Assembly (NCBI GenBank): GCA_000091205.1
Contig: AP006497.2
Length of the DNA stretch: 64,000 bases
From: Cyanidioschyzon merolae
Lineage: Eukaryota
Strand: one strand, 5' to 3'
Both the position numbers and the translations under genes were made by a program. How positions within the stretch are numbered: the first letter of the stretch is position 1; each line of letters begins with the position of its first letter. The notes below the pieces were generated by a model. It was not told the DNA's origin. It worked only from the letters and a program-made list of their open reading frames with translations, and did no database searches. Below, one piece after another: positions 1-9,942 of this stretch.

Positions 1-1
1 T

Positions 2-1771
2 ACACGAGGTAAGAGGAAGCCACACTCAGCGCGTCATGAGAACACCGACGAGCTCACTGCGGAAACACTCTTGGCTGTAAACCATGCGGTGCAGGTCACG
101 GTGGACGGCACCGGGCTGGTGCAGCTGCTTCCGGACCTGGTGGCCGGCGAGTCACTCTACTGGCGCTCAGCGATCGTCGTTCGCGGGGCTGCACTAGATA
201 CCCAGGGTTCGTGGTACCTGACTCCTAAGGACTGCTTGTCATGGCAGTATCAGGTCGCAACCAGTAGGTCCGCGGGCGTCATGAGCGACGACGACGACGA
301 CGATGATGATGATGACGAAGACGACGACGACGATATGGACGACGACTTCGGCGAGGACGGCCAAACTGACGAACACAACGAGAATCAGGACCCCCATACA
401 AGTACTTGGGAGTCGTCAACAGTCGACTCGGCACATGAGCGGCGCTCTAGCGCAGCCTATGCGTCAGGCTCGACCAATGCGACCAGCAAATCGTCATCTA
501 GAGCGCCCGGGACGACTTCTCGGGATGATGACGCCCATTTGCGAGGCACACCGCCAATGTTGAAGCACGCTCGTGATGAGCCTTTATTCCGGAAGCTAAC
601 GCAGGTACAATGCCGGGGTATCAGCGTCTCGTATCGGCGCCTTGTGTCTTCCGAGCAAATGATGGAAGCTGGCCTAGCCTGGGCTGGATCACCGTCTCGC
701 ACTGGTGCGACGCTCTTTGCCGATGATTCATGGACAGCACGTCCACTGCTTTCGGGAAAGCTGTGGCGTCGTGTGAGTCCGCACGCTTCGCTTGCGCTTG
801 AGGCGTCGTACGCTCTTGGGCGCGACCAGCGACCCGAGCTGGTGCTGAGTCACGCTCGTCAGATCTCGGAGAGGTGGCAGGGCCATCTAGCCTGGGCCGC
901 TGGACCTGCACCCGGCTACATGGCTTCTTTTGTCTACGGAGCGGAACAGTGGAATGCAGCTTTTACCGTGAACCTGGGTCTTGGCGCCAGCGGCATCAAG
1001 TTCACCCTCCGACGGCTCTGTGATCAGGCTCAGACGATCATTGCGCGACTGCGAGCGCACTTGTCGTTATCGGGCTGGTCCCTGGAGACCGGACTTGCCA
1101 AAGAACTCGCTTTGGATAGTTATGTGGCAGTTGCAGCGCGCGTATCGCATGTTGGCGTGGCACTGCGACTGAGACTAAGTCGAGCCGGTCACCGCCTAAC
1201 GGTGCCGATCCTTTTGTTTCCGAACCCGGACCCGTTGGCGTTTGTCGCTGTGGCGAGCATTGGGGCAACAACTGCAGCTGCAATTGAATACCTGGCGCTT
1301 CGACCGCTGCGGCGGCTAGCACAGGAGCGCAACCGACGTCGAATACGCGAACGTGTCTATCAAAAACTCGTTGAACGGCGGCGTCAGGCACTTGAGGAGC
1401 GCGAGTTGTTGCGACCACAAGCGGCTCGTTCGCGAGCACTCGAGCAGCAGCGCAACGGTCTGGTGATTGTTCGAGCGCTCTACGGTGCCGCAGAAGTCGT
1501 ACGGCGAATGCATTCACCGGACGTGCCAGTTGCAGTCATCGATGCACTCGAAGACGTCTGTGATGTCACCGATGCCCTGCAAGCGCTGGTTGACGATCGG
1601 GATTCGAGTTTGCGGCTCTACGCTACGAGCAAGGCAGCGCTGACGGGATTCTTCGACCCAACCATGGGCGATGCTGAGCTTGCCTTGCGTATTTGGTATT
1701 TGCTGCGTGGGGAGCCTCTCCAGGTGACCATCGGGGATCTGGATCCGCTCTATATAGGCGCAGATACCTGA
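2..1771 (+). CDS. 5'-partial gene: acidic (poly-Asp/Glu) protein with coiled-coil and C-terminal domain; tentatively DNAJC11-like (DUF3395-type C-terminus)
   Basis: Frame of track ORF 71..1771 stays open back to window position 2 with no in-frame ATG in 2-70, and the upstream codons have strongly GC-rich third positions. The gene therefore starts upstream of the window; the first in-frame ATG inside the window is at 281 (MSDDDD...). (GAC/GAT)n gives a D10-E-D5 run. Arg-rich coiled-coil (RRRIRERVYQKLVERRRQALEERELL) precedes ...VIVRALYGAAEVV..., which is reminiscent of DnaJC11 C-terminal DUF3395; that assignment is from memory and not verified. Confidence 0.5.
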   Translation, partial: TRGKRKPHSARHENTDELTAETLLAVNHAVQVTVDGTGLVQLLPDLVAGESLYWRSAIVVRGAALDTQGSWYLTPKDCLSWQYQVATSRSAGVMSDDDDDDDDDDEDDDDDMDDDFGEDGQTDEHNENQDPHTSTWESSTVDSAHERRSSAAYASGSTNATSKSSSRAPGTTSRDDDAHLRGTPPMLKHARDEPLFRKLTQVQCRGISVSYRRLVSSEQMMEAGLAWAGSPSRTGATLFADDSWTARPLLSGKLWRRVSPHASLALEASYALGRDQRPELVLSHARQISERWQGHLAWAAGPAPGYMASFVYGAEQWNAAFTVNLGLGASGIKFTLRRLCDQAQTIIARLRAHLSLSGWSLETGLAKELALDSYVAVAARVSHVGVALRLRLSRAGHRLTVPILLFPNPDPLAFVAVASIGATTAAAIEYLALRPLRRLAQERNRRRIRERVYQKLVERRRQALEERELLRPQAARSRALEQQRNGLVIVRALYGAAEVVRRMHSPDVPVAVIDALEDVCDVTDALQALVDDRDSSLRLYATSKAALTGFFDPTMGDAELALRIWYLLRGEPLQVTIGDLDPLYIGADT

Positions 1772-1992
1772 ATTCGCGGGTTCGCACGATGTGATTGGGG
1801 GTTGCGCATCGCGAGCTGCACGTAATTCGAACGAGGCAGACTTGATGCAGCTGGGCACACGGGCTCTAGGCAAAACGTGAACGACTGGTGCATCGGGACG
1901 TCCGTAAAAGTCACAGAGCGCACGGCGCTCGAGACGGCGTTGCCCGCGAACAACATCGAATGCGGCATACACGAAGCAATGACCTGCTCTAT

Positions 1993-3105
1993 TTACAGGG
2001 AAGTATCATCAAGGTCAATAAGTTGCAAGATCGCGCGTTCTTTGCGGCGTTTGAAGCGACGCGGCAACGAATGCGGTCGAAGCGAGGCTTCGGCTGATGT
2101 TGTTGTTCCTCCTTGCACCTGATCTGCGACGGCAGACCAGCTAGGTGCCGATGCACGCGGCCGAGAGTCTGACGGTACGGTCGCGTGCAACGTCCGAAGA
2201 CCACCACCACCACCACCACCACCACCACCACCACCACCGGTGTCGCCGCTGTCGTCATCGTTGTATTCAGGCCAGTGACAGCTGGACGCCTCTACGAGCT
2301 TATAGTGCTCCACCACCATGCGGTTGATCGGCGTTGTCTCTTTGCCTGGAGACCAGGTAGCGCAGCGGACGGAGGCACGTGGCACGGATGTCGTATGCTC
2401 ACGGACATCGTTTCGCTCAGTCGAGCGCTTTTGCCAATATCGATAGCATCGTTGCAGGAACAGCATACAGTGATGCAAAGCGGGATATATCCATTGTTGC
2501 ACGAGACATCTCGCAAGAAGAACCAGCGCCGCCACCAACCCAAAGATGCTCGTAAACAGCTGCGTGAATGCTTGCGTAAGCTCTGGACCTAGTGCACGCA
2601 CAATCACTTGACGCAAGAAAATACCGAGTCGTTTCAGTTGCCTGAGCAGTAGCTGTGCGATGTCGCAAAAGCTGCGGTACACGCGCCATCGCACTGCCCG
2701 CATATAGCGATGTCGCCAGAGCGCTCCGAGCTGCTTTGCAACCAGCTTGATGAGTTGCAGGCTTAGGCTGCCGATGCTCATCAACAGATGGCGCGATACC
2801 ATGAGCTGTTTACGAAACCTAGATGACAGGTACAGTTGCCAACCTGCGGCCTGTCGCAGCAAAGCGCCAGAGCTCGCCTTCACTGCAAGTTTCTCGTAGA
2901 TACCCGTGGTAGACGTTGTGAGCGGTTCATTCGCGAGCACCGTGTGCTTCTTGCCTTGCAAACGAGCTCGCACAGTTTCCTGAAGCAACCTAGCCTCAGC
3001 AGAGCGCTCTGAGGAACCCAGCGAGCTCGTACTGCAGCTGCTGCTCGCCGGGTGCGTCACCGATCGTGTAGAGTCGTTAGCTCGAGGGTGAGCCTCGCGC
3101 TCCAT
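1993..3105 (-). CDS. hypothetical protein with Gly13 run and one hydrophobic segment
   Basis: 380-codon ORF on the minus strand (track 1993..3135 begins at TTG; first in-frame ATG gives MEREAHPR... at 3105). (CAC)13 on + strand at ~2199-2237 encodes GGGGGGGGGGGGG. Putative TM stretch IFGLVAALVLLARCLV. No recognisable domain; convergent with gene 1. Confidence 0.35.
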   Translation of the reverse strand: MEREAHPRANDSTRSVTHPASSSCSTSSLGSSERSAEARLLQETVRARLQGKKHTVLANEPLTTSTTGIYEKLAVKASSGALLRQAAGWQLYLSSRFRKQLMVSRHLLMSIGSLSLQLIKLVAKQLGALWRHRYMRAVRWRVYRSFCDIAQLLLRQLKRLGIFLRQVIVRALGPELTQAFTQLFTSIFGLVAALVLLARCLVQQWIYPALHHCMLFLQRCYRYWQKRSTERNDVREHTTSVPRASVRCATWSPGKETTPINRMVVEHYKLVEASSCHWPEYNDDDSGDTGGGGGGGGGGGGGLRTLHATVPSDSRPRASAPSWSAVADQVQGGTTTSAEASLRPHSLPRRFKRRKERAILQLIDLDDTSL

Positions 3106-4469
3106 TCGGACTCTGCGATTTTTAAAGATGTACAAGCCCTATGGTGTTCTTCGTTATCTGAAAAGCGGTCCTATGTGCTTTCGTTGGTTTCCCGGAGCAC
3201 CAGCAGCACCGTGGGCCAAGCAACGGCACGCCGAAGACTCGACAACCCCGGACCGTATACACGCTCTGCTTGAACAGCAACAGGAGCCCGTCTAGTTCTC
3301 CTACTTAACGCTAGCAGAATAAGCGCGAGTCCCAGTGCCACGCGGGTTGCAGGGCACCCCACGCATACGCAACGTCAGTACAGCACGAGCGTATACCCGC
3401 TCGGGTTCGGTAACGACTAGACGCGCGTCGTACGCGAACGCGAACGGTGCGCGCCATATCCCTGGGCGCATGGTTGGCGCTTCGGCGCTGCAACGCTTTC
3501 CATAGGGATGGCGATCATTTTAGAACGAAACTGTATGTTTTCGATCAAAATTTGAAGAAAATGCCTCGGGTACAGATCGTGCACGGCATCCCCGATCCAT
3601 GCAGTGTGACCGCTGTGCCAGCGTGACCCCCGGCGCCGGATCTGCGACTCCTTGCCAGTGATGAACGCGTACCATGGAACAGGTCGACGGGTACCGGTGT
3701 ACGAGGGAAGTTTTTGGTCTCTTCCCACTGGCATCAACAGGGGTCTTGAGTGGACTGTTTTTTCTGTAGGTGCTTTGGTTTGATCTTTTTCCTATGTCTG
3801 GTTTTCTAAACGCTGATCTCTCGATTCCCTATCGCTCCGTTGCATGCAGTCGAGGTATGTAGTTGACACCCAACGTCCGGGTATCGCTGCGATTGACGCT
3901 TCGCTTGTCTGTCTCATTTTCAGTTGGTAGGGATTTGGTGTACCGTTGTGCAGCGATGGTACCCTAATTTCGTTCAGGAGTTCTCATTTGTCCATCACGC
4001 CTCCTCTCCCGTGCACCGCATGGTGGCAAGTGCGTGCGCTCGGCACATGCGCTTCGTGGGTTCAGTAGGTTCGCCTCGATGCCCGCGTTGGCTTTCAGCG
4101 CCCGGTGCCGTAGCCCAGGATCATGGGCTTCTGTGCAGCGATCCCCTGGTCGAGGATGCTGTCCGGTGCGTACGCACGCAAGTGCAGCTCGTCCGATATG
4201 ATGCACGATTTCTGGATAGTGATACTGTCCATGATGAAACAAGTACAGAGAGGAAAATCTAGGCTCAAGTCGAGTTATCCCGAACCGTCTGCGCTCCATT
4301 CTTGAAAAATGGTGACGCATGCTGCACTGGATATGAACGCTGCGATGATTCACGTCCGAGTACAAAGCGCTTTTCTGTGCAAACACAGGAGGCGGGAACT
4401 TTTGGGAAAATACCCATGAGAGGCATCCTGCTTGTTTAGATACCGTTTTGTAGATCGCCACAGAATGAG

Positions 4470-4700
4470 AGTGACTTGGCTTTCAAACGGAATCGATGCA
4501 TTTTTGTGAAAAGTTCAACGATCTTTTGGTATGCGCTTGTGTACAAAACGTCGAGAGACGACACCCGGTTTTCTACGTGGATGCTGTGGCGAGCATACCT
4601 CGTCCCACGAGTTACCTCGAAACGCAAAGCTCGAGCTCTTGAAGCATGCTTGATTTGCACATGGAAGCCGTAGTAAAACGGGAAGCATGGATGCTTCCGC
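4470..4700 (+). repeat. dispersed repeat family 1, copy A (~230 bp, conserved core CTTTCAAACGGAATCGAT)
   Basis: Shares an exact 18-mer CTTTCAAACGGAATCGAT (4480-4497) with copies at 25990 (same orientation) and 21206-21223 (inverted). Downstream blocks align at ~65-70%: ..catgaaaagtttcacgaac.. and cctcgaaacgcaaagctcgag...gcatgcttgatttgc. Confidence 0.6.
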
Positions 4701-5634
4701 GTATATGCTGAATCATGGTTTCCATTAGTTTGCGCTCCGTTACATGAACGCGTCACGAATCATATCGATTCCGATGATGTAACGTGTTCCCGCAGCAGAG
4801 TGGCAGACCAGCCACTCGGAAAATATCGCCGAGAATCCCTCAGCACGAGCACCTGGGCATGGAGTGTCGATGCAGTGCGTCTAGAAGGAAAAAAGTTCGA
4901 ATAAAAATCTCACACCAGCAACAGAGTGAACAAATCAGTGTTCCACTCTCATCTGAAACGGGTAGAGAGTCAGCGCCATTCTTGCGAAAGCGCTTTCGTG
5001 AATGTGGTCGCGTACCCGCAAACCTGCAAGCATACGTAAAACCTGCATACTTCCCGGGCGGATACTCAATATGTGAATACATGGCTTCGCTGGCCGTTGC
5101 TCCTTCAGATGCACACTCTAGCTGGTGACCGGACCACTAGTTCGGAGACTGAAGTCGCCCGCAAGCGGTACGCTCGGCGTGCCATCTGCTCGGAAACTCA
5201 CTGGAGCCAGCACCCACACAGGCTAAAGCAAAGCTGGTCTTTGTTCGTACGTCGTCCGCAGCGCCATTCACCAGGCACAGTTGTCGATACTCGATGGATC
5301 CATGCAAGACACCCGCGTGCATCGCATGAACGTACCATGATCACGAAGCAACTTCTGGTCTTGGATCCATGGTACACACGAGGTCCGGAAGCGCATAGCG
5401 GGCGCTTCTCTACCTGCCGATCGTAGTCGTGCACACGGGTAGACTGCGGTCAGGTTTAACGATCCCTAAGGATATGCAATAAACTCGTTCGAGCGCATCG
5501 TGCGGAGCTTTTCCCCCCGTGACCTACCGGAAGACTAGTCTAATAAAGCATGCTCTTCCAGTCACATCGATAGATTAGAATTCCATAGGGCACGAGCGGT
5601 CGTTCTTCGCCAGCACATTGCCCACTCTGCGGCG

Positions 5635-6153
5635 CAAGGTGCTGCCTCGTGCGACACGCTGAACCGATCCTCCGTTGATCAGCGTACACAGGGACGTTCC
5701 TCAGTGGATGCTTGTACACCTCTGCTTCGAAGAACGCAGACACCCAAAGCTTCGTGACTCGTTTCAAGGTGCTGCCTCGTGCGACACGCTGAACCGATCC
5801 TCCGTTGATCAGCGTACACAGGGACGTTCCTCAGTGGATGCTTGTAGACCTCTGCTTAGAAGAAAGCAGACACTCAAAGCTTCGTGACTCGTTTCAAGGT
5901 GCTGCCTCGTGCGACACGCTGAACCGATCCTCCGTTGATCAGCGTACACAGGGACGTTCCTCAGTGGATGCTTGTAGACCTCTGCTTAGAAGAAAGCAGA
6001 CACTCAAAGCTTCGTGACTCGTTTCAAGGTGCTGCCTCGTGCGACACGCTGAACCGATCCTCCGTTGATCAGCGTACACAGGGACGTTCCTCAGTGGATG
6101 CTTGTACACCTCTGCTTCGAAGAACGCAGACACCCAAAGCTTCGTGACTCGTT
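5635..6153. repeat. minisatellite: 130-bp unit x4 tandem array immediately upstream of SelO gene
   Basis: Unit ggtgctgcctcgtgcgacacgctgaaccgatcc... starts at 5638, 5768, 5898 and 6028. Copies 1 and 4 share variant ...tgtacacctctgcttcgaagaacgcagacaccc..., while copies 2 and 3 share ...tgtagacctctgcttagaagaaagcagacactc... (A-B-B-A). The track's four staggered identical 70-aa ORFs (MISVHRDVPQWMLV...) are artefacts of this array. Confidence 0.95.
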
Positions 6154-6300
6154 TCTTTGCAACGTAGAGGCGTTCGACGGAAAGCAACTCACAGCTCAGG
6201 AAACGTTGCCCCGCCGCAAGCAGCGCGGCGCAACGGCATCCTCAGACGCAAGGCGTCGGGACTCGGAAACCAAAAATGTTGTTGGTTCGAGAACTCGACT

Positions 6301-8316
6301 ATGACTTTTTGGGCCTGGATTGCGCTCACGGGACACAGCGGAATTCATTCGAGGTCGAGTCTGAGAACGCTCCCACGAGAGACAGCGCGAGTACGTAGGG
6401 TGCTGTGGCGGTTGTCGCCTGAACACCCACATCTCGGGCGCAGTGTGTTTACACCATCCCGTACCACGGCGCGTCCGTCAGAAGCGCGTGAGCGACTACC
6501 GCGTAGCGCTTTGCCACACCTCCGCTCAAACTACTCCTTACCTGAAACAGCGATGCTCGGGAGCGGTACTGGACACGGAAGTTCTGATGGAAAGGGAGCA
6601 CCACTACCAGCAACGACGACGACGACGACACACCAGAGTGACGAGCGCCTGCTCACACTCGACGAACTAGTGCTGAGTGCGGGGTTCGCCAGTCGTCTAC
6701 CCGCGGACCCGGAAACTGCAAACTACGTCCGCGTAGTGCGCGGTGCGGCACTTTCGTTTGTGCACCCGTCACCGACCTGGACGGAGCCGGTGCTTGCTGT
6801 CTGGTCAGACAGGTGTGCGCGTGCTTGTCTTGACCTCGAGGTGAGGCCCTCAGAGCGAGACTATGCAGCACGTGTGTTCAGTGGCCTCGCGATGTTGCCC
6901 GGATCGCGACCCTATGCGCAGCGCTACGGCGGACACCAGTTTGGCGTCTGGGCAGGTCAGCTTGGCGACGGTCGTGTCATTGTGTTGGGTGAGTACCAGA
7001 ATCGATGCGGCGAGACCTGGACCTTGCAGCTGAAAGGCGCAGGCAAGACGCCGTTTGCTCGTTTCGCTGACGGGCGCGCTGTCTTGCGCAGCAGCGTGCG
7101 AGAGTTTCTCGCCAGTGAAGCGCTACATGCGCTGGGCATCCCTACCAGTCGTGCGTTGTCCCTTGTGGTCACTGGTGACAAAGTCGTGCGGGACATGTTC
7201 TACGACGGCAATCCACGCGAGGAGCCTGGCGCTGTCGTTTGCCGTCTAGCTCCTTCATGGGTGCGGTTCGGAACGTTTGAATTGGCAACGGACTGGAATG
7301 AGCTGGAGCTTCTTCGACAGCTTGCGGACGATACGATTGTACACCACTACCCGGCATTGCTGGCACATGAGCGTTCTCACGGCAAGCGCACATCCGCAGA
7401 CTCGAGCCGCAGCGCAAGAAATGAAGAGTCCCAGAACCCAATGCCGTATCGAGCGCTTTTACTCCAAGTCGCTGAACGAACAGCTGCGCTAGTTGCCGGC
7501 TGGCAAAGCGTCGGTTTCGTACACGGAGTCTTGAACACCGACAATATGAGTATTCTGGGGATCACCATAGACTATGGTCCGTTCGGCTTCCTGGACGCTT
7601 ACATGCCCGAGTACACGCCGAATACCACAGATCTTCCGGGTCGACGCTATTGTTATGCGTTACAGCCGACCATCTGTTTGTGGAATCTGCTTCAACTAGT
7701 GCGTGCATTCGAGCCGCTCACTGGTACTAATCTCTCGGAGGAAGTGAGTCAGACCTACGAGACCAAGTTTCGCGAAGAGATGTCCGCACGCCTGCGAGCC
7801 AAACTCGGTTTCCAAACCTGGAACTCGGATGCAGATAATGGACTTGTGCGGGACCTGTATGAGCTCATGCGTCAGGATCGAGCGGATTTTACACGCACCT
7901 GGCGAGCGCTGTCCTGGTTAGAGCCCGTTGCTTGTCTACAGAAAAGCGACGCCTCGCTCGAGCCGCTGCTTCGCGTACTCCCAGAGCCGGTTCGAAAGAA
8001 TCCGGACCGACTTGAAGCTTGGCGACTTTGGGTGCAACGTTACGCAGAGCGTACGCTGGCCGAAGACAACTTTGATGGGACTGCACGGCGCAAGCAAATG
8101 CAAGCCGCGTCTCCCAAGTACATTCTACGGAATTACATGGCTCAGGTGGCAATTGAAAAGGCGGAAAATGAACAGGATTTTTCGGAAATCGAGCGACTGC
8201 TCAAGTTACTCGAACATCCGTACGCAGAACAGCCCGAAATGGAGGCACTCTACGATCGGGAGCCACCGACATGGTCCCAGCGCCTTGGAGTGTGCATGAA
8301 CAGCTGCTCTTCCTAA
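6301..8316 (+). CDS. SELENOO: protein adenylyltransferase SelO (UPF0061/YdiU family), Cys-containing form
   Basis: Strong SelO hallmarks: FASRLPADPE, YQNRCGETWTLQLKGAGKTPFARFADGRAVLRSSVREFLASEALHALGIPTSRALSLVVTG, GVLNTDNMSILGITIDYGPFGFLD. Track ORF starts at TTG 6157 inside the tandem array; the first in-frame ATG is 6301 (MTFWAW..., Arg/Ser-rich N-terminus plausible as mitochondrial presequence), and an alternative ATG lies at ~6553 (MLGSGTG). C-terminus ...CMNSCSS-stop places Cys at the antepenultimate position, where vertebrate SelO has Sec; the codon is TGC and the stop is TAA. Confidence 0.85.
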   Translation: MTFWAWIALTGHSGIHSRSSLRTLPRETARVRRVLWRLSPEHPHLGRSVFTPSRTTARPSEARERLPRSALPHLRSNYSLPETAMLGSGTGHGSSDGKGAPLPATTTTTTHQSDERLLTLDELVLSAGFASRLPADPETANYVRVVRGAALSFVHPSPTWTEPVLAVWSDRCARACLDLEVRPSERDYAARVFSGLAMLPGSRPYAQRYGGHQFGVWAGQLGDGRVIVLGEYQNRCGETWTLQLKGAGKTPFARFADGRAVLRSSVREFLASEALHALGIPTSRALSLVVTGDKVVRDMFYDGNPREEPGAVVCRLAPSWVRFGTFELATDWNELELLRQLADDTIVHHYPALLAHERSHGKRTSADSSRSARNEESQNPMPYRALLLQVAERTAALVAGWQSVGFVHGVLNTDNMSILGITIDYGPFGFLDAYMPEYTPNTTDLPGRRYCYALQPTICLWNLLQLVRAFEPLTGTNLSEEVSQTYETKFREEMSARLRAKLGFQTWNSDADNGLVRDLYELMRQDRADFTRTWRALSWLEPVACLQKSDASLEPLLRVLPEPVRKNPDRLEAWRLWVQRYAERTLAEDNFDGTARRKQMQAASPKYILRNYMAQVAIEKAENEQDFSEIERLLKLLEHPYAEQPEMEALYDREPPTWSQRLGVCMNSCSS

Positions 8317-9427
8317 CAAATTAGGCGAAAAGGTGAGGTGTCTGGTTCGTGTACCCGATCGCATGGATAGACATCCACGGATGCCTATTGAAGCACCTGT
8401 AGGAATACTCCTACGAATACCTGCGCGGATACGGCTATGGACACAGGCATGTTCATGGGTGGCAATGGTTGAAGTGCACGATTCGTGCTGGAAACTGCCT
8501 GCAACCTGTCACGTTCACAGTGTGTTGTTGCAACTTGTTTCGCATGCGTCGCCAATGCCGCGTCCCGAGTTTTCTTTTTGTAAAGAACCGCTTTCACCGA
8601 ATACGGTTGGATGCGAATCTTGATGCTCTGGTGGATCATACGCCAGAGACTAGTGGGACCGCTGCAACTGTATATATTCTCAGGACGGCGCTGTTCGTCG
8701 ATCGCGTTTCCAGACACCACACCCGAGCAGTCCATATGATCAGTTCGCATCTATGGGTTCGCCCCGGAGACGCAACGCGGGAGACGTCTTTGCACCCGAT
8801 CCCATGGGTGAATCTGCATCCACCGAGAAAACCGAGTTGAGCGCTTACCTCGTACCGTTTAGGCGATCGCTTTTGAGATCCGATGCTAGCGGGGGTCGGG
8901 GTATCCGCTGACCTTTCTACGACTGGATGCCAGCGCTATGCAGCCTGAACCTCGTCGGAGCTGCTGCTTCGATCGCCATATGAAAACGTGAGATTCGATT
9001 CGTGCAAAGCCAACAAAGAGTCCATATGCAGAATACAAACTTTTCCTTCAGCAAAAGCAGCCTCTTGCAAGTAAGGATCTACGCGAGGTTTGTGGTGTAG
9101 GACCCGTACCTCATTCGCGCTGGGGCGTCTAGAGTGCTGGGGGTCTCCGAGGTGCCCCCGCTGCACGCTCCTGCCCTGCCGCCTGCGCTAAACAACACCT
9201 TTCATATACTGGGCACTCGCGCTCTCTCTACAGGTCCTTCGCTTCATTCATCAGCAAATATCCGCCTGAACGTTTGCCGGCACTGCAACACCAGACTTGG
9301 ATAACTGCATTCAATGAAAGAGTGACGCTCTTTTTCCAACGTAGAGCGCCACCAACCTACAACCGCGTCCTAACCTGCAGCTGTTGCAAGACGCCCTAAC
9401 GAGAGCATCTTCTGTACCGAACAATTT

Positions 9428-9850
9428 CCATACCAGTGCTGCTCCCTAAGCGCTATCCTAACCCAGCGCACAGTGTCTTGAACGGTTTTGTGGTACGCAC
9501 TCGGAAACAGTTGGCGTACCAGTGCTGCTCCCTAAGCGCTACCCTAACCCAGCGCACAGTGTCGTTAACGGTTTTGTGGTACGCACTCGGAAACAGTTGG
9601 CGTACCAGTACTGCTCCCTAAGCGCTACCCTAACCCAGCGCACAGTGTCGTTAACGGTTTTGTGGTACGCACTCGGAAACAGTTGGCGTACCAGTACTGC
9701 TCCCTAAGCGCTACCCTAACCCAGCGCACAGTGTCGTTAACGGTTTTGTGGTACGTACTCGGAAACAGTTGGCGTACCAGTACTGCTCCCTAAGCGCTAT
9801 CCTAACCCAGCGCACAGTGTTGTTAACGGTTTTGTGGTACGTACTCGGAA
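9428..9850. repeat. minisatellite: 86-bp unit x ~4.9 tandem array in 5' flank of peptidase gene
   Basis: Unit ccagtgctgctccctaagcgctaccctaacccagcgcacagtgtcgttaacggttttgtggtacgcactcggaaacagttggcgta repeats at 9433, 9519, 9605, 9691 and 9777. Track ORFs 9436.. and 9522.. (identical 61 aa, GTG starts) and the 5' end of ORF 9748.. are generated by it. Confidence 0.95.
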
Positions 9851-9942
9851 ACGCTCCAGTGGCCGCGTCAGCGTTCGCTGTCCACCTGTGTGCCAGCCCG
9901 TTCAACGAGTGCAGTTCTCTTTTTGAAGATAGAGGCTTCTTT

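Noticed and set aside
5675-6304. Four staggered, nearly identical 70-79-aa ORFs (MISVHRDVPQWMLV...) on the + strand and repeated minus-strand ORFs
   Set aside because: They are generated by the 130-bp tandem array (period = ORF offset). They have no codon bias and are translation artefacts.
9436-9707. Two identical 61-aa ORFs (MLLPKRYPNPAHSV...)
   Set aside because: Artefacts of the 86-bp tandem repeat, with GTG starts.
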